Shown here: piece by piece, positions 1 to 8,866 of the stretch
How the letters are laid out: each line of letters begins with the position of its first letter
Numbering within the stretch: position 1 is the stretch's first letter
Origin: Candidatus Velthaea sp.
GTDB taxonomy: Bacteria > Vulcanimicrobiota > Vulcanimicrobiia > Vulcanimicrobiales > Vulcanimicrobiaceae
Direction of reading: 5' to 3'
Length of the DNA stretch: 32,509 nt
NCBI GenBank assembly: GCA_050012475.1
Contig: JBEKHC010000059.1
Coordinates: 1 to 32,509, forward strand
Position numbers and translations under genes: made by a program
Notes under the pieces: model-generated
Told to the model about the DNA's origin: nothing
Database searches by the model: none
What the model saw: only the letters and a program-made list of their open reading frames with translations

Positions 1-1
1 C

Positions 2-2554
2 AACGTGCGCGCACCGGGCGGCATTCTCTACTCGCCCAACCGCGAAACCAATTTAGACGTCCGGGGCGACATTCAGAACGTGCCGACCGTCGCCGGCTTG
101 CTGCTGGGCAACGGCAGCGGCGGCGCCAGCACCGGAACCACCAACGTTTTCTCAACCCAGCCGCGCTTCTTCCGTATCGGCGACGTCGCCAACGTCACCG
201 ACACCTACGAGACCCAGCGGGTGTTCGCGTATTCGGGCGGCGTGCCGTGCGTTACGCTCAACATCCAAAAGTCGGCCGGCACCAGCGAGGTCGTCACCTC
301 CAAAGCGGTGCTCGCGGCGCTACCCGAACTGCAGCGCACGTATCCCAACGTCGATTTTTCGGTGCTCAACGTTCAGGCCACCTACACGCAGCAGCAGCTC
401 GACGGCGTCGTGCGCACGCTGCTCGAAGCGGTCCTCTTCACCGGGATCGTGATGTTGTTCTTCCTGCGCTCGTGGCGCAACGCAATCGTCGTGCTGATCG
501 CCATTCCGTCGTCGCTGCTGGTCACGCTCGCCGCAATGCGGCTGGCCAATTTCACCCTCGACACCGTCTCGCTTTTGGCGATGACGCTCATCATCGGCAT
601 CCTCGTCGACGATTCGATCGTCGTGCTCGAAAACGTCGAACGCCATCACCAGAACGGCGAAGCGCCAACGGTGGCGGCGATCAACGGCCGCAACGAAATC
701 GGGGTCGCGGCGATCGTCATCACGCTCGTCGACGTCGTCGTGTTTCTGCCGATCTCGTTCTTGCCCGGATCGGTCGGACTGTTCTTGCGCGAGTTCGGTT
801 TGGTGGTGACCGTAGCCACGCTGACGTCGCTGTTCGTTTCGTTCACCGTAACGCCGACGCTGGCCGGGCGCTGGGCGCTGCGTTCGACCTGGAAGCCGTG
901 GGGCGTCATCGAGGCGTTCACGCGGCGTTTCGAGGCCACCCGAGCCGCCTACGTCGGACGCATCTTGAGCTGGGGCCTGCGCAACGGCCGCATCGTCGGG
1001 CTGGTTTCCATCGTCTCGTTCCTGATCGCCGTCGCGCTGATCCCGCTCGGTCTGGTCGGCTTCGAGTACATCCCGCCAGTCGATCGGGGCGAACTCTTCG
1101 TGACCGTCACGTATCCGCCCGGCACGCCGCTGGAGACGACCCGGAGCGGATTGCTGGCCGTCGAACGCATCGTCGACGCGGCGGCCGACGTGCGCACCGA
1201 AGCGTCGACCGCCGGCGCGTATCTCGGCCAGCTTTCCGGTTATATCGACAACGGCGCAATCGGTCAGATCGACGTCTACCTCAACGATAAGCGCGCCAAT
1301 TCGACGGCCTACTGGGCGACGCAGTTCCAGAGCCAGGCGCAAAAGGCCGTGCTCGGCGCGACGGTCGTCGCGGTTCCCGCGACCGACATCTCGGGCGGCA
1401 ATTCGCAGCCGATCGACGAGGTCGTCACGAGCCTGGACGGCGCACCCGAATCGTACGCGGCGAAAATAGCGGCAGCGCTTGCCGCGACGCCCGGCGCCAT
1501 CGATGTCACGTCGTCGGCGACCGCCAACGCTCCGCAGGTCGAAGTGACGTTCGACCGCGATCGCGCGCGCGCGCTCAACACCAGCGTGGGGACGGCCGCT
1601 ACGGCGATCCGCGCGGCGTTCGGCGGCGATCTCGCAACGCAGTTCACCGGACTGGACGGGCTCAAAGACGTGCTCGTCACCTATCCGCTGGCGGATCAAT
1701 CGTCGCTGGGCGCAATCGGCGCGATTCCGATTCGCTCGTCCGGCGGCTCGATCGTGAAAGTCGGCGATATCGCGCATCTCGTCCAAGCGCCGGCCCCGCC
1801 GATGATCCTGCGCATCAACCGTCAAAACGTCGTGTACGTCGGCGCGAACCTGGCGCCCGGCGCGGTGCTGTCCAACGTGCAGCGCGACTTCGCGCATCGG
1901 CTGACCGAGCTGCAGCTCCCCGCGACGGTAACCGTCGGCGCGTCGGCCGGCGGCAACGCCCAACAAGTCAGCTCGACGGTGACGGGCATGTCGATCGCGC
2001 TGACACTCTCGGTCGCGCTCGTGTACCTGTTGATGGTCGCGCTGTACAACAGCTATCGCACGCCGTTCATCATCATGTTCGCGGTGCCGGTTGCCGTCGT
2101 CGGCGCGCTCGGCTCGCTGGCGCTCACGCATCAGACGCTCAATCTCTTTTCGCTCATCGGCGCGGTGCTGCTCATTGGCCTCGTTACCAAGAACGGCATC
2201 CTGCTCGTCGACTTCGCCAACATGCGCCGGCGTGACGGTTTGGACCGCGTGGCCGCAATGCGCGAAGCAGCGCGCGAGCGGTTCCGCCCGATCGTGATGA
2301 CGACCATCGCGATGATCGCGGGCATGCTTCCGCTCGCGCTCGTGCTCGACCCCGGCGCGCAGGCGGAGCGTTCGCTCGGAACCGTCGTCATCGGCGGCCT
2401 CGCGAGTTCGCTGTTGCTGACACTGCTGTTGGTCCCCGTCGTGTACGTCGCGCTCGCCGTCAATCCGCCGCGCAGCGGTGACGCCGGCCCACCGCGACCC
2501 GATGGGAAAGCCGCGGCGGCACCGTCGCTGCTCGACGCACCCGCGCCGCGTTAG
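2..2554 (+). CDS. RND efflux permease (AcrB/AcrD/AcrF family), 5'-truncated by the window edge
   Basis: Frame open from base 2. RND motifs GILVDDSIVVLENVER, GLVTKNGILLVDF and RFRPIVMTT; TM blocks alternate with a large extracytoplasmic loop. Confidence 0.95.
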   Translation, partial: NVRAPGGILYSPNRETNLDVRGDIQNVPTVAGLLLGNGSGGASTGTTNVFSTQPRFFRIGDVANVTDTYETQRVFAYSGGVPCVTLNIQKSAGTSEVVTSKAVLAALPELQRTYPNVDFSVLNVQATYTQQQLDGVVRTLLEAVLFTGIVMLFFLRSWRNAIVVLIAIPSSLLVTLAAMRLANFTLDTVSLLAMTLIIGILVDDSIVVLENVERHHQNGEAPTVAAINGRNEIGVAAIVITLVDVVVFLPISFLPGSVGLFLREFGLVVTVATLTSLFVSFTVTPTLAGRWALRSTWKPWGVIEAFTRRFEATRAAYVGRILSWGLRNGRIVGLVSIVSFLIAVALIPLGLVGFEYIPPVDRGELFVTVTYPPGTPLETTRSGLLAVERIVDAAADVRTEASTAGAYLGQLSGYIDNGAIGQIDVYLNDKRANSTAYWATQFQSQAQKAVLGATVVAVPATDISGGNSQPIDEVVTSLDGAPESYAAKIAAALAATPGAIDVTSSATANAPQVEVTFDRDRARALNTSVGTAATAIRAAFGGDLATQFTGLDGLKDVLVTYPLADQSSLGAIGAIPIRSSGGSIVKVGDIAHLVQAPAPPMILRINRQNVVYVGANLAPGAVLSNVQRDFAHRLTELQLPATVTVGASAGGNAQQVSSTVTGMSIALTLSVALVYLLMVALYNSYRTPFIIMFAVPVAVVGALGSLALTHQTLNLFSLIGAVLLIGLVTKNGILLVDFANMRRRDGLDRVAAMREAARERFRPIVMTTIAMIAGMLPLALVLDPGAQAERSLGTVVIGGLASSLLLTLLLVPVVYVALAVNPPRSGDAGPPRPDGKAAAAPSLLDAPAPR

Positions 2555-2844
2555 GAGCCATTTCGGTAAGTCGTTGACGGGGTTGGCTAAAGACTCGGTT
2601 GCGAATGGCTATCACAACGCTTGATAAGGGCTTTCTCACCGGCGCGTCGGACGTCTCCCGCACGCAAAACTGAATTTAATACTCTCAAACATTGACGTAG
2701 TGCTTGGGAGGACGATCAGTTGACGCATTACGCCGCTCTTGGCAATAGACTGGTACAGTCATGGGCCGTTTGCGTTTGGATGAACCTCGTGTTGCTGGAA
2801 ATCGTCCGGCATCTCGCTGTAAGGCCGTGCTCAGGAAAACGCGT

Positions 2845-2850
2845 TAAGCT
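2845..2850 (+). promoter_or_regulatory. Possible -10 box (TAAGCT) 6 nt before ATG 2857, suggesting a leaderless transcript
   Basis: TAAGCT-cgaagc-ATG; no SD directly before the ATG. Confidence 0.35.
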
Positions 2851-2856
2851 CGAAGC

Positions 2857-3513
2857 ATGAAACGATTTGCACTCATGCTTCTCTTGAGCGCGTCGCTGGG
2901 CGCGACCGCATCCGCTCAGCAACCGCCGGGACCGGGCGGCCCAGGCGACGGACCGCCGCCCGACGTTCGGCAACACATCGATCGCGAACGCGCTGCCGCT
3001 CGGGCGCAAGCAATGTCCGCGTTATCGAGCGATCATCAAAGCAAAGTCAAAGCGATGCTCGGGCGCGTGAATGCCGGCGACCTGACTGACGCGGATGATG
3101 CCGCGCGAGAGCTCGATGCCATCCTCACGCGCAAAGAGGCGCGCGCGGTGCTCGCTGCTCGCGCCAAACTCATGGCGGACATGCGCGATTCATTCGCGGG
3201 CTCCGACGAACCGCATGACGGCGGACCTGGTGGACCGCCGCCGCCGGGCGGCGCATTCGGCCCGGGCGGCCCTCCGCCAGGCGCCGGCTTCGCGCCGGGC
3301 GGCGGACAGCCCGGCAGCTTTGGCGCCGGCCCTGGCGGTCCCGGCCCGGGAGGTCCCGGACCGGGAAGCGATCGCGACGGTCCGCCCGGCGACGGCGGCC
3401 GGCGTCTTTCGGGTCATGCCATGCACGACGACGCGGGCATGGCGCTGCTGATGCTTAACCTCGATCGCGACCAGATGCATGCGTTGTTCATGAACGGCCG
3501 TCCGCCGCAATAG
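2857..3513 (+). CDS. Secreted Gly/Pro-rich protein with a helical core (loosely Spy/CpxP-like)
   Basis: Sec signal MKRFALMLLLSASLGATASA; GPGGP-type low-complexity tracts around a charged helical segment. Family link is weak. Confidence 0.75.
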   Translation: MKRFALMLLLSASLGATASAQQPPGPGGPGDGPPPDVRQHIDRERAAARAQAMSALSSDHQSKVKAMLGRVNAGDLTDADDAARELDAILTRKEARAVLAARAKLMADMRDSFAGSDEPHDGGPGGPPPPGGAFGPGGPPPGAGFAPGGGQPGSFGAGPGGPGPGGPGPGSDRDGPPGDGGRRLSGHAMHDDAGMALLMLNLDRDQMHALFMNGRPPQ

Positions 3514-4630
3514 CGCTGGACGGTTCGCTGATGAAGCGCTCGATCGCCGCGTTGACGGCCGCGGCAGCTTCGAGCTGAACCATGTGACCGGAGCCGGCGA
3601 AGACATGAACGTCGACCGGCAGATCGCGCGCGTGGGCCGCCGGGATGATCGCATCGTCTTCACCCCAAATGACCTGCACGCGCTGCGGCAGGCGATGGAG
3701 CTGGTCGCGAAAGAGATGCTGTTGCCGGCCGCCGGGAAACAGCGACTGCGCAAGCTGCGTGAGCGTTGCCTCGACGCCTTCGAGCCGCTTGTACTTGAGC
3801 ACGTCGTCGACGAGCCGGCGCGTCACGAGTTCGGCGTTGCCGAACAGTTTGACGAGCTGCGCCTTGAGCGCGCTGCGGCTGTTCGCCGCAGCGAAACCCG
3901 TGATGTAGCCAGCGTCGATCTCGGGGCCCAAGCCGGCACTTCCGATGAGCGTCAAAGTCGTCACGCGCTCGGGCTGGCGTTGCGCGAGCGCTACGGCCAA
4001 AGCACCGCCCAGCGAATGACCGACGAGGTGGGCGCGCTCGATCTCCATTGCGTCCATGAACGCTGCGACGGCCCCGGCCAGATCCTCGAAATCGCCGCGC
4101 TGCAAGCGTTTGGTCGACTCGCCGTGACCGGGCAGATCGAGCGCATACACTGTACGCTCGACCGCCAGCGCATCGTAGGTGAATTGCCAGTTGTCGAGAT
4201 CGCCGCCGAATCCGTGGATGAGGACGACGGTTTCCGAACCGCTGCCGCGCCGCAGATAACGGAGCGTGTATCCGCCGGCTTCGACCTTTTGCGGCGGTTG
4301 CGGGCCGGCCGCAACATCGCCGTCGGCGGCGATCTCCGGTGGCTTGAACGCCGACACCGCGGTTTCGAGCGCAGTGTCTTCGATCTCGCCGTCGACCACG
4401 ACGCCGAGCAGCGCGCCCACCGGGAGTTCGTCGCCGAGCTTTGCCAGCCGGCGGCGCAAGACGCCGGAGAACGGCGCTTCGACGCTGCTGGCGATCTTGT
4501 TCGTCTCGACGTCGACGAGCGGGTCGCCTTTTTCGACCGGCTCGCCGATATCTTTGAGCCATCCTTGCACGACGCCCGTTTCCATGGAGAGACCCCACTT
4601 GGGCATCGTGACGAAATGAATCGCGCTCAC
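3488..4630 (-). CDS. acoC: Acetoin dehydrogenase E2 component (lipoyl domain + alpha/beta-hydrolase fold)
   Basis: GTG at 4630 overlaps the acoB stop (GTGA). MPKWGLSM, lipoyl-Lys motif VETNKIA, IHGFGGD, nucleophile GHSLGG, C-terminal GHM. Confidence 0.9.
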   Translation of the reverse strand: MSAIHFVTMPKWGLSMETGVVQGWLKDIGEPVEKGDPLVDVETNKIASSVEAPFSGVLRRRLAKLGDELPVGALLGVVVDGEIEDTALETAVSAFKPPEIAADGDVAAGPQPPQKVEAGGYTLRYLRRGSGSETVVLIHGFGGDLDNWQFTYDALAVERTVYALDLPGHGESTKRLQRGDFEDLAGAVAAFMDAMEIERAHLVGHSLGGALAVALAQRQPERVTTLTLIGSAGLGPEIDAGYITGFAAANSRSALKAQLVKLFGNAELVTRRLVDDVLKYKRLEGVEATLTQLAQSLFPGGRQQHLFRDQLHRLPQRVQVIWGEDDAIIPAAHARDLPVDVHVFAGSGHMVQLEAAAAVNAAIERFISEPSSAIAADGRS

Positions 4631-5643
4631 GCCGGAACGGTTTCCGCTACCCGCATCACCGCCGCCGCGACCTTCGCGGGACTGGGAATGTACAAGTCTT
4701 CGAGCACGTCGGCGAACGGCACCGGCGTGTGCGGCGCCGTGACCATCTCGATGTGCGCTTTGAGTGAACCGAAGGCGTGCTGCGCGATGAACGCCGAAAT
4801 GTCGGTCGCAACCGAACAGCGCGGATTGTCTTCGTCGACGACGACGACGCGGCCGGTGCGCGTGACGCTTTCGAGGATCGTCTCCTCGTCGAGCGGTGAG
4901 GTCGTCCGCAAATCGACGACGTCGCACTGGATGCCTTGCTGGGCCAGTTCCTTCGCCGCCTCGCATGCGACGTGCACCATCCGGCCGTACGTCACGATCG
5001 TGACGTCGTCGCCTTCGCGCACGATGTTGGCTTCACCGAACGGGATCGTGTAGCTCTCTTCGGGCACGTCACCTTCGAGCCCGTAGAGCATCTTGTGCTC
5101 GCAGAAGATGACGGGATCGTTGTCGCGGATCGCCGCGATCATCAGGCCTTTGGCGTCGTACGGCGTCGCCGGCACGACGACTTTCAGACCGGGAACGTGC
5201 GTCCACAAGGCCGTCAGCATTTGCGAGTGCTGCGCCGCGGCCCGCAGCCCCGCGCCGACCATCGTGCGGATGACGACCGGCGTCGTCGCTTTGCCGCCGA
5301 ACATGTAGCGAAACTTCGCCGCCTGATTGTAGATTTGGTCGAAGCAGACGCCGATGAAATCCACGAACATCAACTCGGCCACCGGACGCAGCCCGCAGGC
5401 CGCAGCGCCGACGGCGGCACCGATGAAGCCCGATTCCGAAATCGGCGTGTCTAGGACGCGCCCGGGGAATTTGTGGTAGAGGCCTTTGGTGACGCCCAGG
5501 ACGCCGCCCCAAGCATCGTCGTCGCCCGGCGCTCCGGCGCCCCCGGCATTGTCTTCGCCCATGACGACCACGAGCTCGTCACGCGTCATCTCTTGAACCA
5601 GCGCTTCGTTGATCGCTTGTTGATAGGTAAGCTTACGCGCCAT
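4627..5643 (-). CDS. acoB: TPP-dependent acetoin dehydrogenase E1 beta subunit
   Basis: ATG at 5643 after GGGAGA. DTPISE, RPVAELMFVDF, AAQHSQ and VDLRT motifs; DDAWGGVLGVTKGL as in AcoB. Confidence 0.92.
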   Translation of the reverse strand: MARKLTYQQAINEALVQEMTRDELVVVMGEDNAGGAGAPGDDDAWGGVLGVTKGLYHKFPGRVLDTPISESGFIGAAVGAAACGLRPVAELMFVDFIGVCFDQIYNQAAKFRYMFGGKATTPVVIRTMVGAGLRAAAQHSQMLTALWTHVPGLKVVVPATPYDAKGLMIAAIRDNDPVIFCEHKMLYGLEGDVPEESYTIPFGEANIVREGDDVTIVTYGRMVHVACEAAKELAQQGIQCDVVDLRTTSPLDEETILESVTRTGRVVVVDEDNPRCSVATDISAFIAQHAFGSLKAHIEMVTAPHTPVPFADVLEDLYIPSPAKVAAAVMRVAETVPA

Positions 5644-5666
5644 AATCGATCTCCCGTTGACGGCGA

Positions 5667-6665
5667 TTAGGGATAAGAAGCGTAGACGTTGGTGAGCAGG
5701 TCGGCCGCGGTTGGTTTGGGATCGCTGCGGGCGCGTTCGACGGCCCGGTCGATCTGCGCCGCGACGTCCTTGTCGATCGCGGCCAAATCGGCTGCGTCGA
5801 CCCCGCCGGCCGCGGTCACGTGCGCGGCGAAACGCAGCAGGCAGTCGCGCGTTTCGCGGAGCTGCTTGACCTCGTCTTTGGCGCGGTAGCTTTGCGCGTC
5901 GCCCTCGAAGTGACCGAAATAGCGCATGAACTTCATCTCGAGCAGCGACGGCCCGCGGCCCTCGCGCGCGCGGGCGATCGCTTCGCCGGCGGCTTCGTAA
6001 ACGGCGAAAAAGTCGAAGCCGTCGACGATCACGCCCGGCATGCCGAAACCGGCGGCGCGGTCGGCGATGTTGTCGCACGCGACGGAGTAATTGGGCGACG
6101 TCGATTCGGCGTAGCCGTTGTTCTCCGCGACGAACACCGCCGGCAGCTTCCAGACCGAAGCCAAGTTCATGGCCTCGAAAATCGTGCCTTGGTTGGAGGC
6201 GCCGTCGCCGAAAAAGCACACCGCGACGTTGTCGGTCTTCTTCACTTTGGCGGCCAGCGCCGCGCCGCAGGCCAGCGGGCCGCCGGCACCCACGATGCCG
6301 TTCGCGCCCATCATGCCCAGGTGCAGATCTGCGACGTGCATCGAACCGCCCTTGCCGTGGCACACGCCGGTCCGCTTGCCGAAGATCTCGGCCATCATGC
6401 CGTCCACATCCATGCCTTTGGCGATGCAGTGTCCGTGACCGCGATGGGTCGACGCGATGAAGTCCTCGCGCCGCAAATGCATCATCACTCCGGTCGCCGA
6501 GGCTTCCTCACCGGCGTAGAGATGCACGAAGCCCGGAATCGCGCCGGTCGCAAACTCGGTATGCACGCGTTCCTCGAAATCGCGGATCGTCCGCATCGTG
6601 CGATACGCCGCGAGCAGATCGGCTTTCGATAGAGCAGCTAATGGTTCGGACAGAAGCTTGGCCAT
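5667..6665 (-). CDS. acoA: TPP-dependent acetoin dehydrogenase E1 alpha subunit
   Basis: PGFVHLYAGEEA, STHRGHGH, TPP motif GDGASNQG...ENN, RYFGHFEGD; GAGGAG RBS. Confidence 0.93.
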   Translation of the reverse strand: MAKLLSEPLAALSKADLLAAYRTMRTIRDFEERVHTEFATGAIPGFVHLYAGEEASATGVMMHLRREDFIASTHRGHGHCIAKGMDVDGMMAEIFGKRTGVCHGKGGSMHVADLHLGMMGANGIVGAGGPLACGAALAAKVKKTDNVAVCFFGDGASNQGTIFEAMNLASVWKLPAVFVAENNGYAESTSPNYSVACDNIADRAAGFGMPGVIVDGFDFFAVYEAAGEAIARAREGRGPSLLEMKFMRYFGHFEGDAQSYRAKDEVKQLRETRDCLLRFAAHVTAAGGVDAADLAAIDKDVAAQIDRAVERARSDPKPTAADLLTNVYASYP

Positions 6666-6695
6666 CTCGTCTCCTCGCTTGGTTGGGGAATGGTT

Positions 6696-7775
6696 TTATC
6701 GCGCTGCGGCTGCCAGGGCGGGCGGAAACGTCGTCGTCAGCCGATGCTGCGCCGCATAGCGCAGCGCGCTGGGGACGTCGACCGTGCGGGGACCCGCAAG
6801 ATCGAGTTCGATCGTAAAGCGGTCATCTGCGCTGCACTCGATTTCGCGCTCGCCGTCGAGCGCAAGCGTTCCCGTGCCCGAAGACACCCGGTACGTCCGG
6901 CCCGCAACGAGCTCGTAGCCTGCGCTAACTGGAACGTCGGCGATGAGACCGGGCGCGATCGGCGCCGACACCTCGGCGGCGGCGCACGCATCGCCGCCGC
7001 ACGCAAACCGCAGCGCGTAGCCGCGCGGTTCGCTGCGGCCGACGGGCGCCCAGTGCGCGACCAGCGACGAAAGGCCGATCGCATCTTCTTCGGCAAACGC
7101 AACATAGAGTTCGCGTAAATCGACGGCGCGCCACAGCGCGCGTGACCCGATGTTGGCCGCGTTCGAGACGCAGACGTCGACGAGCGCAATGTCATCGTGC
7201 GTTGCGCGCGGTCCGGCGCCCCGAACGCGCAGCATCTTGTTGCGGAAGAGGCCCGCCGCCGGCGGCACCGCTCCGGTGGCCACGAGTGCGCCCGCGATTC
7301 CCGCGACGGTCGCTTCGCGCAGATCGGGAAACACGTTGTTCGTGCCGGTCGACAACGTAAGCAATGGCACGTCGCCGCAGTGCTTGGCCACCGCGCGATG
7401 CGTCCCGTCGCCGCCCAAGACGGCGATGAGCGAAACGCCGGCCGCGCACATCGCCTGCACGGCGCGGTGGGTATCGCGCGGCGAATCGGTGACCGGGATG
7501 TCGACGAAGCCCACCTCCGGCCAACGGCCGTCACGTTCGTTCGCGTGCGTTGCCAGCGCGCGAACCACCAGCGACGAGATGCCGGTGCGATCCGGCATCA
7601 TAAGCACTCGCTCGACCCCGAAGCGCCCGAAGGCGCCCAGCAAACGCTGAACCATCTGAGCTTTTTCGGCCGTCGGAAAGACCGACGCGGCGGACGTCAA
7701 GCGGCGGATATCGCGGCCCGACGCAGGGTTTGCGACGATGCCCGCGAGGACGGAGCGAGCGGATCGCGGCTGCAA
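6696..7775 (-). CDS. acoX: AcoX, ATP-NAD kinase-like acetoin catabolism protein (start uncertain, TTG 7775 assumed)
   Basis: GIVANPASGRDIRRL, VLGGDGT, STGTNNVFP, ALDGERE; directly upstream of acoA. Confidence 0.85.
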   Translation of the reverse strand: MQPRSARSVLAGIVANPASGRDIRRLTSAASVFPTAEKAQMVQRLLGAFGRFGVERVLMMPDRTGISSLVVRALATHANERDGRWPEVGFVDIPVTDSPRDTHRAVQAMCAAGVSLIAVLGGDGTHRAVAKHCGDVPLLTLSTGTNNVFPDLREATVAGIAGALVATGAVPPAAGLFRNKMLRVRGAGPRATHDDIALVDVCVSNAANIGSRALWRAVDLRELYVAFAEEDAIGLSSLVAHWAPVGRSEPRGYALRFACGGDACAAAEVSAPIAPGLIADVPVSAGYELVAGRTYRVSSGTGTLALDGEREIECSADDRFTIELDLAGPRTVDVPSALRYAAQHRLTTTFPPALAAAAR

Positions 7776-7944
7776 GGCGAATTCACTTTCCCGAGGCGTC
7801 AGGCAACTCGTTACCGGCACACAGGGTGGAGCGGCGAGGAATCTTTCACGCGCTCGGCCGTTCAGCCTCCCGAGCCCGCGTCACACGTCGGCATCGCCGG
7901 GGCAGACCCTCGTCGGGCGGCGCGCAATACACCGGGGTCCCCCA

Positions 7945-8083
7945 GTCGTCCCAGGATCTCCAGCTTCGCGTAAAGGAAGGCCGCCGTGAGTCCGGCGACG
8001 AGTTCCTCGAAAGCGTAGGCACGATCACCGAAGCGTTCGCCGAATTGACGCGCGAGCCGCGTCTGGGCGCCGCTCCAGTGAGC
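7945..8083 (-). pseudogene. ardC: Fragment of an ArdC-type antirestriction / zincin-like (MPTase) domain
   Basis: Manual translation, absent from the ORF track: AHWSGAQTRLARQFGERFGDRAYAFEELVAGLTAAFLYAKLEI. Matches the recalled ArdC pattern HWTG..SRL.R...RFG..AYA.EELVAE..AAFL. No start; the HE of HExxH is missing. Confidence 0.75.
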
Positions 8084-8119
8084 ATTATGCCGATATCGGC
8101 ATGATGTCCATTATGCCGA
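8083..8119. repeat. Clustered inverted repeats of TCGGCATRA forming a dif-like core (arm - 6 bp - arm)
   Basis: TTATGCCGA 8085-8093; TCGGCATGA 8096-8104 + TGTCCA + TTATGCCGA 8111-8119; a further TCGGCATAA at 8193-8201. Confidence 0.7.
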
Positions 8120-8491
8120 CCGACGAGTTAAGCCGCTTCGATCGAACGGCGCTCTGTCAGATCAAGCGAATCAACGCGCCGGCCTCGGCATCTCGGCATA
8201 ACGAAGAGCGTCGGCCAGACCGGCCGTTCCGCACCTTTCGGAGGGCATGCACGTTCGTACCACGCGCGGAATCGTCGTCCGACGACACCTTCATCTTAGC
8301 GCGGAAGACGTTAAGCTCGTGCTGCACGGATGATGGTGAGATCGCGATTTCGCCCCTCCACACTACCTGCTATTGGGAGATTGTCGGGCCGCCGCACCAT
8401 CTGCCAATAGCGCGCCTGTGATACGGTCCGATCCCGCGAGAATCGCTATCCAAAGCGGCATCGCAAAAGCCCAGCTTCGAGAGCCTCAGTC

Positions 8492-8520
8492 TTGACGTTC
8501 GCTGCCGTTGCCCCTATACT
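8492..8520 (+). promoter_or_regulatory. Sigma70-type promoter
   Basis: TTGACG (8492-8497), 17 bp spacer, TATACT (8515-8520). Confidence 0.85.
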
Positions 8521-8543
8521 GAACCCTGTGGTTCAGTATAGGG
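8512..8543. promoter_or_regulatory. Perfect 14-4-14 inverted repeat, probable ArsR-family operator
   Basis: CCCTATACTGAACC-ctgt-GGTTCAGTATAGGG overlapping the -10 box and the start codon. Confidence 0.8.
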
Positions 8544-8866
8544 AGCCTGCCGGGTTGGATGCGGTTCTTGCCGCAATTGCGGATCCGACAAGGCGTGCGA
8601 TAATCAACCGCTTGGCGCGCGGTTCCGCGCGTCTTTCCGATGTCGCGCAGCGATTTCCGATGTCGCTAACCGGCTTTATCAAACATGTGAGGGTACTGGA
8701 ATCGGCGGGCCTCGTGAGTCGCAAAAAAGAAGGTCGCGAGAATACGTTAGCACTCAATGCCGAGCCATTGCGCGACGTTGCGCAATGGACGCTAAATTAT
8801 GCCCAGTTTTGGGAACTCCGCCTCGGCCGGTTTGAGGATTTCTTTGCTGCCAAGGAGCGCAAATGA
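8528..8866 (+). CDS. ArsR/SmtB-family transcriptional repressor
   Basis: MVQY...LDAVLAAIADPTRRAII...KHVRVLESAGLV..KEGR. Start placed at GTG 8528 because the track's TTG 8492 is the -35 box. Confidence 0.9.
   Translation: MVQYREPAGLDAVLAAIADPTRRAIINRLARGSARLSDVAQRFPMSLTGFIKHVRVLESAGLVSRKKEGRENTLALNAEPLRDVAQWTLNYAQFWELRLGRFEDFFAAKERK

Noticed and set aside
247..2131. Long alternative-frame and antisense ORFs (e.g. 320-2131, 3584-5053, 22207-23751, 28548-29981)
   Set aside because: Arg/Ala-rich shadows of real high-GC genes, with no family motifs.
3488..6363. Apparent long N-terminal extensions or fusions in ORFs 3488-4966 and 4627-6363 (also 17304-18992, 23202-24389, 28216-29211)
   Set aside because: Artefacts of upstream open frame; true starts lie at stop/start overlaps or RBS-supported codons.
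7803..7817. Possible sigma54 promoter for acoX (minus strand CCGGTAACGAGTTGC)
   Set aside because: GG-to-GC spacing is 9 nt, not the required 10.
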